Positions 41,301-50,893 of a stretch of DNA of 64,000 nucleotides are shown one piece after another. The first letter of the stretch is position 1, and every line of letters begins with the position of its first letter. A program made the position numbers and the translations under genes. Below the pieces are notes generated by a model. The model had not been told where the DNA came from, did no database searches, and worked only from the letters and a program-made list of their open reading frames with translations. The stretch is from Acidobacteriota bacterium. Its GTDB lineage: Bacteria; Acidobacteriota; UBA6911; RPQK01; JAJDTT01. Where the stretch lies: the NCBI GenBank assembly GCA_965217775.1, contig CBDCJH010000002.1, forward strand, positions 3,744,001 to 3,808,000, written 5' to 3'.

Positions 41301-41406
41301 GGTAGGGAGGTTCCGCGTCGGAGCAGCCGCCGGTGAGAACTGCGGCCAGGACCGCGGCGAACCGGACGCCCTGTCTCAACCTCGTCCCCGCCTGATTCGT
41401 TCTCAA
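38332..41406 (-). CDS. PVC-type heme-binding CxxCH protein (dehydrogenase-like propeller, HEAT repeats, cytochrome c)
   Basis: LTGGC lipobox, GFRIELAAAEPQVVDP, FDERGRLFVVEM.DYP, GPDGALYVVDFYR, CSQCH, VGPDL, SAMPEG. Confidence 0.9.
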   Translation of the reverse strand: MRTNQAGTRLRQGVRFAAVLAAVLTGGCSDAEPPYPPEAALQTFQLAPGFRIELAAAEPQVVDPISMAFDERGRLFVVEMRDYPISDQPLSRIKLLEDRDGDGRFEHSSVFVDGLHMAHGVLPWKGGILVACAPDILYFADTDDDGRADQRKVILTGFAQVNPQLRINTPLYEMDNWIYAAYPRFGVGRRFKQFSDQGQPIHFPDHPEIAPVDVFERRSDIRFKPDKLQIEPVSGNSEFGHTFNARGHRFPSWNNNHLRHSVIETRYLDRNPQLQVDNPMQTVSDHGQPAPVYPITDDPHLQNIRQTRLLKELGHFTSACGQSVYTGGRFPQPYDGAHFIAEPAHNLVHGDIVSARGATYTGAAAFKESEFLASRDSWFMPVFTTTGPDGALYVVDFYRKIVEHPEWIREDFVDDHELFYAGQDRGRIYRIVYGENEPAEPPRLDQAGAAELIVRLSHPNRWWRLTAQRLLVERQDPSAVPHLKELARSRASARGRMHALWTLEGLDALDADLVLDGLRDDSPEVREQAIRMGESYLSDRRIVDRMMEMTGDPDERVRFQLACTLGELPARDSFKPLLKVAHDQMEDPWFQVAVLSAAGEHTARWFRAVIGNRDFASQGTEGRQLFLRRLTGMIGARQKPRELTAFLAAVRKAAGDADVWWPAPSLGGLAEGLKRGTESEVNLPTRAQRILLEFLSKPNRLGTASLEVVEGVRLSDTLQFRSLMRQAAALAAAEGAGLESRVHAIRLAALDPVRADYSLLAELLQPRQAEEIQMAATRALIVLPHPRSTEVLLDSWRSFTATLQNAAVDGMLREPVRVPNLLDAVEAGTVQPWTIRGARRSRLFRISEGETLERARTLLRSSPPDLSALMDQYGAAARTTGDIAAGRDVFNDHCSQCHKVGETGSEVGPDLLSLSGRTKYEFLENILDPNSNIVPGYEEYLVETNDGRALTGVMASQGPATVTLRRSEGEEDTISRSQIASLRSLGVSAMPEGVQEDISVRQMTDLLEYLTHLGATTGVGSRDF

Positions 41407-42980
41407 CCCGAATTGTCCTGGATTCGAAATCGGACGCTCATATCTTTGGTCTGACCCGAGATCAGGTCCTGAACGGAGATCTCGGCGCGGTAGTCCCCGG
41501 CGCCGTCGATATAGAGATGGGTCGAGGCCGAGGCCCGTTCCCCCAGGTAGGTCAGGCCGACGTGGTCCAGACGGATCTCCTGGATTACCCGCCCCTCCCG
41601 GTCCAGAACGCGCAGCGGAATCTTCAGGTCCGCCTCGCCGGTGGCGGCGTCCACGGAGAAGTTGTAGATCTCGAAATAGAGTCCGACCCGTTCCCCGGCC
41701 GGAAACGTATTTTTCTGGAGGTTGGGATAGACCTTCAGTCCGGACAGCGTGGCGAAGGGCTCCAGTGGATTGGCCTCCTTCTGGACTCGAATCCGATCCG
41801 CCAGGATCAGCGAACTGGTGAAGAGTTCCTTCCCCGGCTTGGGCGGCACCACGATGGAATGGACCGAGGTGCCGATCTTCCCGGAGTGAACGTCGCGGAC
41901 CACCCAGTCCAGCTTGTAGCGGCCCGACTTCAGGGGAATCGTGTGTTGGTAGAGAGACTTCCCCTGTTCCACGAACGGGCGGTAGCCAGTGTCCTCCACG
42001 TAGACCTGGTCTTCGAACTCGTAGACGATCTTCCCCAGGAGGTCATGAACGGCGCCGTAGATCTCGACGCGGGCCTTGCGGATTTCGTTCTCCGGCTGAT
42101 AGGTCAAGAGTCGGTTCCAGATCTGAAGCGTGGCCGGCACCATGAATTGCTCCGCATTGACCCAGACGATGGCCGCGCGGGTGTCGACGGGCAACTCCTC
42201 GTAGTGGATGCGCGTCCCGACGACTTTCTGCAGGTCCTTGTACTTGATGTTGGGAGGAGTGAGCGCCTGGAAGTAGTCCTCGATGCGCTGGAGGTTGCTC
42301 TTGTTGATGCCGAGACCGGTGTGATCCAGAGGCCTCAGAATGCCCTGCTGCCGGATGCGATCGAGTCGCGTCCTCGATCCGAAGAACTCCTCCATGGTCA
42401 GCCCGTAGCCGGTATGCAGCAGGGCGTCCTTTTCGTCCGGGGTGAGAGCCAGGCGGTAGTTGCCGTTCATGCCGGAGTCCACGAACTCGAACAGGATGTC
42501 GTTTCCCAGGCCTTCGATGTAGCGATAGGACCAGACCTCGTATGGGAAAGTGACGGTGGACCCGCCCCCTTCCGCAAGCGTGCGGTTGTAAAGTCCGCCC
42601 ATGGGATGCATTTCGATGTGGGCCGGCGCACCGAAAACGATATAGATCCGTCCCCGATCCGTGAGCCAGCCGTCACGCCCCGCCTTGAAGCGCTCATTGG
42701 CGTACGCGATGCGGCGGTAGTGCTCCTCCTTGAATTCGTTGATCGAGGTCTTGGGATCGGGGTCCCGCCGCAGCCAGAACTGCTCGATGAAACGCTCTTT
42801 TTCCTCCGGTGCGGAGAGCTCCTGGAAGACACTGGTTTCTTCCGGATTGACGATGTAGCGAACATCCTCGTCCAGCCACTTCCTGAAGTACTGCTCGGAC
42901 TCCTCGTCTCTGACGGATTGGCCGAGTGAGACGGAAGCAATGAGGAAAAGGAGACAAAGTGCCGGAATTGCCGGACCCAT
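41403..42980 (-). CDS. GWxTD-domain protein; paralog of 31725-33308
   Basis: KWLDEDVRYI, NEFKEEHYRRIAYAN, GWLTDRGRIYI. Confidence 0.9.
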   Translation of the reverse strand: MGPAIPALCLLFLIASVSLGQSVRDEESEQYFRKWLDEDVRYIVNPEETSVFQELSAPEEKERFIEQFWLRRDPDPKTSINEFKEEHYRRIAYANERFKAGRDGWLTDRGRIYIVFGAPAHIEMHPMGGLYNRTLAEGGGSTVTFPYEVWSYRYIEGLGNDILFEFVDSGMNGNYRLALTPDEKDALLHTGYGLTMEEFFGSRTRLDRIRQQGILRPLDHTGLGINKSNLQRIEDYFQALTPPNIKYKDLQKVVGTRIHYEELPVDTRAAIVWVNAEQFMVPATLQIWNRLLTYQPENEIRKARVEIYGAVHDLLGKIVYEFEDQVYVEDTGYRPFVEQGKSLYQHTIPLKSGRYKLDWVVRDVHSGKIGTSVHSIVVPPKPGKELFTSSLILADRIRVQKEANPLEPFATLSGLKVYPNLQKNTFPAGERVGLYFEIYNFSVDAATGEADLKIPLRVLDREGRVIQEIRLDHVGLTYLGERASASTHLYIDGAGDYRAEISVQDLISGQTKDMSVRFRIQDNSG

Positions 42981-43183
42981 GGGTTGTCGAAGAGTATAAC
43001 GAATGCTCATCTCCGGCGGAAGCAAGCCGGCGCCGTCCCAGGAGGGGGGACATGTTGTCCCCCATTCTCCCCGGCGTCGGGGGTTGCCCCCAATTTGACA
43101 ACTTGGCACGCCCTTCATATGCTGACCCGCAAATTTTCACTCAGCTTCCAGTCCAGTCAATCAGCAAGAAAGGGAGGTCACTC

Positions 43184-45100
43184 ATGAGGAGTTCGCCGTG
43201 GACTCTGCTGTTTGCAGTGGGACTCTTCTGCTTTGGTTTTGCGGCCGCCGGGCCGGCAGGCGAGGAGAAAACCATGGATGTCGTCGTCATGAAGGATGTC
43301 ATGGTCCCGATGCGGGATGGAGTCGAGCTGGCGACGGACCTGTATCTGCCGGCGAAAGACGGCCGCCCGCTGGAAGGAAAGTATCCGGTGGTCCTGCAGC
43401 GGACGCCTTACGACAAGGAGAACCAGTTCTACAAGGACCCGGCCAGCTTCTTTGCCAGCCACGGCTACCTGTCGGTGATTCAGGACTGCCGGGGGCGGTT
43501 CCGATCGGGAGGCGAGTTCTTTCCCATGCGGGACGAGGCGGAGGACGGCTACGACACGGTGGAATGGCTGGCCCGGCATCCCTCCAGCAGCGGAAAGGTC
43601 GGGACCTACGGGGTCTCCTACATGGGTTGGGTGCAAATCCAGATGGCGACGCTGAACCCTCCCAGCCTGGCCACCATGATCCCCCACACCGGACCGAACA
43701 ACGCGTACTACTACAGCATGCACGTCGGCGGCACCCGCACTCTGGGCCTGCTGAGGTGGCACCTGCACATGGCCACCACCAGTTGGGAGGCTCAGGAGAA
43801 CCCTTCCATCGTTGAAGCCATCAAGCCGATGCTGACCTCCAAGGGGTTTCTGCAGTGGGCGTCGCGGATTCCGTGGCGGCGCGGGCAGACGCCGCTGAGC
43901 GTGGCTCCCAGGTACGAGGACGCCGCCTTCCAGTTCTACTTCGACAACAACGACTACACGGAGTTCTGGCAGCGGCCCGGCCTGGCCATGGACGAATACT
44001 TCGACAACTATCCGGACATTCCCATCATGTGGGTCACCGGATGGTACGAGGTCTACGCCCGCTCCATCGTGGACGGCTACCGGGAGATGCTCAAGCGAGG
44101 CCGCCGCGACCAGTATCTTGTGGCCGGCCCCTGGACCCACGCCAACTGGGATCCCTACAACGGGGACGCCAACTACGGCGCCAAGGCGGGGCTCATGCCA
44201 CCCAACGATCTCGAATTCCTCGACTACGAACTGCAGTGGTTCGATCGCTGGCTCAAGGGGGACGAGAGCGCCGAGCTGGGCCATCCGGTGAAGGTGTTCG
44301 TGATGGGCGGCGGTGACGGTGGGCGCGGTGAAAAAGACCGGATGAACCATGGAGGCGCCTGGCATACCGGCGAGCAATGGCCCGCCGTAGACACCTCCGC
44401 CAGGAAATACTATTTCCACGGGGACGGCACGCTGTCCGCAACGAAACCCGGCGGCGGGGCCGATTCCACCACCTACACCTACGATCCTCGGAACACGGTC
44501 CACAGCGACGGCCGCTGCGAGATCGCCTACGGACCGGCGTCCGAGCTCGGGTTCCGGGGAATGGGACCCTACAACCAGATCCAGATGGAGACCCTCCCGG
44601 GCCACGGGATTCCCGGACTCCCCACCGCCTCCCGCCCCGACGTCCTGGTCTTCCAGACGCCTCCCCTGTCCCGGGATACGACCGTGGCGGGCAACCTTCG
44701 AGCTGTGCTCTACGTGTCGTCCGATGCCCCCGACACCGACTTCTTCGTCAAGCTGATCGACGTCTATCCGGCCAGTGAGGACTACCCTGCGGGCTACGCC
44801 TTCCCCGTCACCGACGGCATCATCCGGGCCCGGTACCGGAACAGCTTCAAGACGCCGGAGTTGATGGAGCCGGCCAAAGTGTACGAGATCCGCCTGCCGG
44901 TCCAGCCGGCGGCCAACCTGTTCAAGGCGGGCCATCGCATCCGGGTGGACATCTCCAGCAGCAGCTTTCCCAACTTCGACATCAACCGGAACACGGGCGA
45001 CCCGCTGAGCCGGCAGTGGCGCATCGCCAACAACACGATCCATCACGGGGGCAAACATGCTTCCTTCATCGAGTTGGCGATCCAGGAGGGGAGTCCATGA
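43184..45100 (+). CDS. CocE/NonD family hydrolase
   Basis: GGAGG RBS; VPMRDGVELATDLY, QRTPYDK, QDCRGRFRSGG, GVSYMG, GHRIRVDISSSSFPNFD. Confidence 0.9.
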   Translation: MRSSPWTLLFAVGLFCFGFAAAGPAGEEKTMDVVVMKDVMVPMRDGVELATDLYLPAKDGRPLEGKYPVVLQRTPYDKENQFYKDPASFFASHGYLSVIQDCRGRFRSGGEFFPMRDEAEDGYDTVEWLARHPSSSGKVGTYGVSYMGWVQIQMATLNPPSLATMIPHTGPNNAYYYSMHVGGTRTLGLLRWHLHMATTSWEAQENPSIVEAIKPMLTSKGFLQWASRIPWRRGQTPLSVAPRYEDAAFQFYFDNNDYTEFWQRPGLAMDEYFDNYPDIPIMWVTGWYEVYARSIVDGYREMLKRGRRDQYLVAGPWTHANWDPYNGDANYGAKAGLMPPNDLEFLDYELQWFDRWLKGDESAELGHPVKVFVMGGGDGGRGEKDRMNHGGAWHTGEQWPAVDTSARKYYFHGDGTLSATKPGGGADSTTYTYDPRNTVHSDGRCEIAYGPASELGFRGMGPYNQIQMETLPGHGIPGLPTASRPDVLVFQTPPLSRDTTVAGNLRAVLYVSSDAPDTDFFVKLIDVYPASEDYPAGYAFPVTDGIIRARYRNSFKTPELMEPAKVYEIRLPVQPAANLFKAGHRIRVDISSSSFPNFDINRNTGDPLSRQWRIANNTIHHGGKHASFIELAIQEGSP

Positions 45101-46908
45101 TCCGATTGACTCGCCACTGGACCCGAGGACTTCTCGTCATGTGCCTGCAATCCACACTCATCTCGCCGTCTTTGGCCGAGAGACCAGCCTGGAAGGACAT
45201 CCTGTCTCCGCCGGAACACAGCCCTGCCACGTTGATCGACGTCCGGGTGCCCATGCGGGACGGGGTTTCGTTGTCGGCGGACGTCTATCTCCCCGGGAAG
45301 GAAGGCCGGTGGCCGGTCATCCTGGAGCGGACACCGTACGGCAACAGCTCCGACTGGTACATCAACCGGGCCCTGTATTTCGCCCGGCGCGGTTACGTGT
45401 ACGTGCTCCAGGACTGCCGCGGCCGTTTCGATTCGGATGGAGAGTGGTCCGGGTGGATCGTGGAAATCGAAGACGGGCGGGACACGCTGGACTGGTGCGG
45501 AACCCAGTCCTGGTCCAACGGCAACGTGGGCATGATGGGGATGTCCCACATGGGACTGACCCAGTGGAAGGCAGCCCAGACCGGTTCACCCTACCTGAAG
45601 GCCATCGCCCCCCAGATGGGCCCGGCCGACGAATACCTGTACGGGATGAACTACACCGGCGGAGCCTTCCTGCTGCAGATCGGCATCCCCTGGTCCATCG
45701 GCGTCCGCGGGCGGACTCAACAGACGCGGCAACCGTATGACTGGGACAAGCTGTTTCGGCACCTCCCCATTCTGACGGCCGACGTGGAGGCCACGGGAAA
45801 ACCGATCGGGTTCTACCGCGACTGGATCCAGCACCCCAGCTACGACGATTTCTGGAAGAAGGCCAGCAACTACGGGCACTTCCGCAAGATGGACGTCCCC
45901 ATCCTGCAGGTGAGCGGCTGGCTCGACCTGCACGCCAAGTCGCTGTTCGCCAACTACGAGGCCATTCAGCGAGAGGGCACAGAGCGCGCCAAGCGCCTGC
46001 AGAAAGTGGTGGTCGGCCCCTGGGTCCACACCGACCGGCCCAAGCAGGGCTACGGGGTGTTGGATTTCGGAGTCGACTCCATCATCGACCTCTATGCGCT
46101 CTACCTGCGCTGGATGGACCGGTGGCTGAAGGGGATCGAGAACGGGGTCGAGAACGAGCCCCCTCTGAAACTGTTCATGATGGGGAAGAACCGGTGGAGA
46201 ACCGCCGACAAATGGCCACTCCCCGAGACCCAATGGACTCCCTTCTACTTGCGCAGCGGCGGGCGGGCCAATTCTCTCTTCGGCGACGGCACCCTCGCTA
46301 CGGGAATGCCCGGCGGCGGCGAGCCGGCCGACCGCTACACCTACAACCCGGAAGACCCCGTCCCGACCCTGGGGATGGATCCCAACGGCGAGGTGGCGCC
46401 CCTGGACCACCGGCCCGTGGAGTACCGGGACGACGTCCTGGTCTACAGCACCGAAGCCCTCGAGGAAGAGCTGGAGGTGACGGGCCCGATCCAGGCCACC
46501 ATCTACGCCAGCAGCTCCGCTCCGGACACGGACTGGACCGTCAAGCTGCTGGACGTCTACCCGGACGGCAAGGCGGTCAACCTCTGGGACGGTATCCTCC
46601 GAGCCCGTTACCGGGATCCCGCGGCAATCCGGGCCGGAGTCCCCTCACCCGGCCAGTTCGAAAACCCTGAGTTACTGGAGCCTGGGAAGATCTACAGCTT
46701 CTTCATCGAGGTGGGCGTCGTCAGCAACGTCTTTCTCAAGGGTCACAAGATCCGCGTCGAAGTCTCCAGCAGCAACTTCCCGCGTTTCGACCGCAACCTG
46801 AACAACGGAGGAAAGCTCGGCGTCGACACCGAGATCGTCCTAGCCAATCAGACCATCTACCACGACGCCGACCACCCGTCCCACATCCTCCTGCCGGTCA
46901 TTCCGTAG
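45097..46908 (+). CDS. CocE/NonD family hydrolase
   Basis: ATGA coupling; VPMRDGVSLSADVY, ERTPYG, WSNGNVGMMGMSHMG, GHKIRVEVSSSNFPRFDRN. Confidence 0.9.
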   Translation: MIRLTRHWTRGLLVMCLQSTLISPSLAERPAWKDILSPPEHSPATLIDVRVPMRDGVSLSADVYLPGKEGRWPVILERTPYGNSSDWYINRALYFARRGYVYVLQDCRGRFDSDGEWSGWIVEIEDGRDTLDWCGTQSWSNGNVGMMGMSHMGLTQWKAAQTGSPYLKAIAPQMGPADEYLYGMNYTGGAFLLQIGIPWSIGVRGRTQQTRQPYDWDKLFRHLPILTADVEATGKPIGFYRDWIQHPSYDDFWKKASNYGHFRKMDVPILQVSGWLDLHAKSLFANYEAIQREGTERAKRLQKVVVGPWVHTDRPKQGYGVLDFGVDSIIDLYALYLRWMDRWLKGIENGVENEPPLKLFMMGKNRWRTADKWPLPETQWTPFYLRSGGRANSLFGDGTLATGMPGGGEPADRYTYNPEDPVPTLGMDPNGEVAPLDHRPVEYRDDVLVYSTEALEEELEVTGPIQATIYASSSAPDTDWTVKLLDVYPDGKAVNLWDGILRARYRDPAAIRAGVPSPGQFENPELLEPGKIYSFFIEVGVVSNVFLKGHKIRVEVSSSNFPRFDRNLNNGGKLGVDTEIVLANQTIYHDADHPSHILLPVIP

Positions 46909-46989
46909 GGGCACCCCTTGTGGGTGCCCTCTTTCGTTCTGCCATCAGTCGCCGACACGGGGGAGGGCGACCACAAGGGTCGCCCCTAC
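46905..46989. repeat. GTAG-family REP doublet (REPIN, family A)
   Basis: GTAGGGGCACCCCTTGTGGGTGCCC ... GGGCGACCACAAGGGTCGCCCCTAC; 85 bp, inverse copy at 51057-51141. Confidence 0.85.
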
Positions 46990-47022
46990 GATTCGTCCCT
47001 CCAATACCGGTATATTCTGATC

Positions 47023-48864
47023 ATGTTGATACCTACGATCATCCTCCTCGTAGCATCCCTCACCCCCGCCCTTGCGGACACCCCCAACATCCTGTGGATC
47101 AGCTCCGAAGACAACGGGCCCCACCTCGGCGTCTACGGCGACTCCTACGCCGACACTCCGAACCTGGACGCATTGGGCGCCCGCGGCATGATCTACCGCA
47201 ACGCGTGGTCCACGGCCCCCGTCTGCGCGCCGGCTCGCACCACCATCATCAGCGGCATGTACCCGCCGTCCACGGGTTCGCAGCACATGCGCTCGTCGAC
47301 CCGGCTCCCCCGGTTGATGAAGATGTTCCCCCAGTACCTGCGCGAGACCGGCTACTACGTCACCAACAACTCCAAGGAGGACTACAACCTCATCAAACCC
47401 GGCAAGGTCTGGGACGAATCCAGCCCGCAGGCGCACTGGCGCAAGCGCGCGCCCGGCCAGCCCTTCTTCTCGGTCTTCAATCTCACAGTCACCCACGAGT
47501 CCCAGATCCGGAAGCGCCCGCATGCAGCCGTCCACGACCCCGCTACGGTGCGGGTGCCCGCCTACCACCCCGACACCCCGGAGACCCGGCAGGACTGGGC
47601 CCAATACCACGACAAGATGACGGAGATGGACGGTCTGGCCGGCAAGGTGCTGGCCCAGTTGAAAGCAGACGGCCTGGAAGAGGACACCATCGTCTTCTAC
47701 TGGGCGGACCACGGGGCCGGCATGCCCCGCAGCAAGCGCTGGACCTACAACTCCGGCCTGCACGTGCCGTTGATCCTCTACATCCCGGAGAAGTTCCGGC
47801 ACCTGCGCCCGGCCGAGTACGCCGCGGGCGGTGAGAGCGACCGTCTCGTCGGTTTCGTCGACTTCGCGGCGACGGTTCTCAGCCTCGCCGGCATCCAACC
47901 TCCGGGCCATTTCCAAGGCCATGCCTTCGCGGGCAAATACGAAGCTCCTCCGCAGCCGTACCTTTACGGCTTTCGCGGACGGATGGACGAGCGCTACGAC
48001 ATGGTCCGCAGCGTCCGCGACCAGCGCTACATCTACATCCGCAACTTCATGCCGCACCGGATCTACGGCCAGTTCGTCGAGTACATGTTCCGGACGCCGA
48101 CGACCGCCGTGTGGCACAAGATGTACACCGAGGGAAAGCTGAGCCCTCCTCGCACCCACTTCTGGGAGACCAAACCGGCCGAGGAACTCTACGACTTGGC
48201 CGAGGACCCCGATGAGACGAGAAATCTCGCCGACAGCCCCGAGCATACGGCGGTCCTGGAGTGTCTGCGGGCCGCCCGCCGGGAGTGGTCGCTGTCGATC
48301 CGCGATCTCGGATTCCTGCCGGAAAGCGCCATCCACTCACGATCCGGCCATGATGCGCCCCATTCCATGGGAGCCGACCCGGCGAGGTACCCCCTGGAGC
48401 GCATCATGCGAATGTCGGAATTGGCGTCCTCCATGCAGGAAGGCGTGGAGCCGGAACTTCGCGCCGGGTTCGCAGATCCCGACAGCGCCGTGCGTTACTG
48501 GGCGGCCCTGGGCGCCTTGATGAGAGGGGAGGCGGGTGTCGGGGCACTGGCCGCGCCGCTACGGGAGGCGCTCTCGGATGACGATCCGGCGGTCCGAGTT
48601 GCCGCCGGCGAAGCGCTCGGGCGGTATGGCAACGATCCGGACACCGAACGTGCCCTGGCCGTGCTGGTGGAACTGGCCGATGCGGAAAAGCACGGTCTCC
48701 ACGTCGCCATGATGGCGCTCAATGCTCTCGACTACCTGGAGGCCCGCGCCGAGCCGGCGCTCAACCGGATCCTCGCCCTGCCCCAAGAGCTGCCGGGAAT
48801 GGACCGCCGGTTCCGCATTTACCTCCCGAACCTCATCGCCAAGATCCGCGCGGACTTCGAGTGA
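47023..48864 (+). CDS. Cys-type sulfatase with C-terminal HEAT repeats
   Basis: PNILWISSED, CAPAR (CxPxR), ADHG, ELYDL..DP.E..NLA; AVRYWAA and AVRVAAGEAL repeats. Confidence 0.9.
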   Translation: MLIPTIILLVASLTPALADTPNILWISSEDNGPHLGVYGDSYADTPNLDALGARGMIYRNAWSTAPVCAPARTTIISGMYPPSTGSQHMRSSTRLPRLMKMFPQYLRETGYYVTNNSKEDYNLIKPGKVWDESSPQAHWRKRAPGQPFFSVFNLTVTHESQIRKRPHAAVHDPATVRVPAYHPDTPETRQDWAQYHDKMTEMDGLAGKVLAQLKADGLEEDTIVFYWADHGAGMPRSKRWTYNSGLHVPLILYIPEKFRHLRPAEYAAGGESDRLVGFVDFAATVLSLAGIQPPGHFQGHAFAGKYEAPPQPYLYGFRGRMDERYDMVRSVRDQRYIYIRNFMPHRIYGQFVEYMFRTPTTAVWHKMYTEGKLSPPRTHFWETKPAEELYDLAEDPDETRNLADSPEHTAVLECLRAARREWSLSIRDLGFLPESAIHSRSGHDAPHSMGADPARYPLERIMRMSELASSMQEGVEPELRAGFADPDSAVRYWAALGALMRGEAGVGALAAPLREALSDDDPAVRVAAGEALGRYGNDPDTERALAVLVELADAEKHGLHVAMMALNALDYLEARAEPALNRILALPQELPGMDRRFRIYLPNLIAKIRADFE

Positions 48865-48930
48865 ACGGAATCAGCGGTCCGACCGGCCTATTTCGATCTG
48901 TCCACCCTTGAGTTCTTCCGTCGTTCAAGA

Positions 48931-49326
48931 TTATGCCAAGTCCAAAAGCGGAATGTTCATGGCGCGGGCGACATCTGTCATTCGGCGATCGTAGCTTGCA
49001 AGTGTGACTGATTGTCCTTGCTTGCGAAGGTAGTCGCAGGAAGCAAGATGAAGGGTATCGAGGGTGCGTAAGAATACAGACACGGGAAAGGCATCCAGAG
49101 CCCGTGCCAGTACCGGTGGAGTAAGCTCCAGCAACGCGACTTGTCCGATGAGTCGAAGGGCCGTCTCACCGTGGGATTCGGCGAGTCTGCGCGCGTGTAG
49201 CTGGGTCCAAATCTCGTACTCCATCAAACGACTGGACACCAGCGTCTCGCTCCAAAGCGAGGCGGGTGGGCAACGATCTTCCGCCAGTAGCTGGGCAAGA
49301 GCGACGGAGGTATCGAGGTAGATCAC
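48931..49326 (-). CDS. vapC: PIN-domain toxin (VapC-like)
   Basis: IYLDTS, LMEYEI, LRTLDTLHLAS, SYDRRM acidic tetrad. Confidence 0.85.
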   Translation of the reverse strand: MIYLDTSVALAQLLAEDRCPPASLWSETLVSSRLMEYEIWTQLHARRLAESHGETALRLIGQVALLELTPPVLARALDAFPVSVFLRTLDTLHLASCDYLRKQGQSVTLASYDRRMTDVARAMNIPLLDLA

Positions 49327-49616
49327 CGTTCGCTCCGGTGTTCTTCCAATTCGGCGAGAATATCCCGGAGCGGCGCCACCGGTTGAGGTGTCGGCGGCTC
49401 ACCGTCGGATGGTAGGACCGGCGGCGTCAACCAGCCCTTACGTACCGCCTCTGCGAGCAGCGCATCGGCTAGAATCGGACTCCTCGTCGGTTTCCGCGGA
49501 CCGATTTCGGCTACGACTCGGTCGCGGTCTGTCACCAGAACGGTTTCCCCTGATGCGGCGATCCTTATGTACTCGCTTAAACGGCTGTTGAGCACCTTTA
49601 TTCCTACTGATCTCAT
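49323..49616 (-). CDS. Phd/YefM-family antitoxin
   Basis: MRSVGIKVLNSRLSEYIRIAASGETVLVTDRDRVVAEI; GTGA overlap with the PIN gene. Confidence 0.85.
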   Translation of the reverse strand: MRSVGIKVLNSRLSEYIRIAASGETVLVTDRDRVVAEIGPRKPTRSPILADALLAEAVRKGWLTPPVLPSDGEPPTPQPVAPLRDILAELEEHRSER

Positions 49617-49688
49617 ACGGATTAAAGTAGCAACTCGTAGCTACCAGTTCAAACTGCGCCAAAGCGACCAATGCGGTTATGGGCCCAA

Positions 49689-49744
49689 GGTTCCGCATCT
49701 ACTTGCCGAACCTCATCGCCAAGATCCGGTCGGATTTCGAGTAA
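49689..49744 (+). repeat. Direct repeat of the last 56 bp of the sulfatase gene (48809-48864)
   Basis: Encodes FRIYLPNLIAKIRSDFE* versus FRIYLPNLIAKIRADFE*; 7 mismatches, only one non-synonymous. Confidence 0.92.
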
Positions 49745-49774
49745 GCGGCCCGGCAGCCCGGCGGGAGACGGGAA

Positions 49775-50893
49775 TCAGGCGGAACTCTTTTCTCGTTGCC
49801 AGAGCCTGTAAAGACCCAGAGTCATCAACGGGACGATGTAGACGAACAGGAATCCCCAACTCACCGCTCCGTAGCCCTTGGCGACCAAGTGGACCAACCC
49901 GAATGTCGACAGCGCCAGTCCCAGCAAGAGAAGAGCCAGGGCCACCAGGGGCCTGACCCGTCGAGGAAGGTCTCTCCCCCGAGCCTGTAGAGCCGACTGC
50001 AAGCGTTCGTTGACGGAATGGATCATTCCCGTCCCGGTCTCGACCAGAGTTCCCAGCAGGACCACCTGAAAGACGATGAGGAGCAGGGGCAACTGGGCTT
50101 CGCGCAAGATGTAGACCGCCGGGATCTCCTGGGAAAGCACCTCCGGATAGTGGCCGACGATGGCGAGGTAGAAGAGCAAGCCGGGGAAAATTCCGATCAC
50201 GCCGCCGAGGAGACCTGCTCCGACGGCCTGCCGCCGGCTCTTGATGTGATGCGTGGCGAATAGAACCGCAGGAATCGCTCCGAGGTTGTAGAAACCGTAC
50301 TTGAACGCCCCCAGGACCCAGAGGGAGGAATCGATCCCGGTGGAGAGGCTGTCTCGAATCTCGGCACCGAACCGGAGGAAGCACAGAACGAAGAAGACCA
50401 GATAGACCCCGTAGAGGAGCAGCGACCAGCCGGAGAGAAACTTCTCGATCAGGCCCGTTCCCTTGAAGGTGAGAAATCCGATGGAAGCCAGCATGATGGC
50501 GACCCCGAGCAGGTAGGGCAGGCCGAAGTTGTCGCGCAGCAGGACCCCAGCGGTGGAGCCGATCACCGCCAAGACGATCAGCAGCAGGATCAGATAGAGA
50601 ACTTCGAAGCTGACCCAGAATCGGCCCAACAGGTGGAGGAAGAAGGTTCGATAGTCATGCGCCCGGTAGATCCTCGCGAATTCGAAGGAGACGGCAAGGA
50701 CCACCGACCACATCACGGTACTGATGAAAAGCATTCCCAACAGACCGCCGACGGGTCCGTAGTTGAGGAAGTACTCCACCATTTCCCGTCCCGTACCGTA
50801 TCCCCCGGCGATGATCACCGACTGGAAGACGATTCCGGGGAGCACGTAGGCCTTGAATACGGACGTGAGTCGATTGCGTTGCATGACGGTCAT
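49775..50893 (-). CDS. YkvI-like membrane transporter
   Basis: PGIVFQSVIIAGGYGTGREMVEYF, about 10 TM segments, LVAKGYG. Confidence 0.8.
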   Translation of the reverse strand: MTVMQRNRLTSVFKAYVLPGIVFQSVIIAGGYGTGREMVEYFLNYGPVGGLLGMLFISTVMWSVVLAVSFEFARIYRAHDYRTFFLHLLGRFWVSFEVLYLILLLIVLAVIGSTAGVLLRDNFGLPYLLGVAIMLASIGFLTFKGTGLIEKFLSGWSLLLYGVYLVFFVLCFLRFGAEIRDSLSTGIDSSLWVLGAFKYGFYNLGAIPAVLFATHHIKSRRQAVGAGLLGGVIGIFPGLLFYLAIVGHYPEVLSQEIPAVYILREAQLPLLLIVFQVVLLGTLVETGTGMIHSVNERLQSALQARGRDLPRRVRPLVALALLLLGLALSTFGLVHLVAKGYGAVSWGFLFVYIVPLMTLGLYRLWQREKSSA

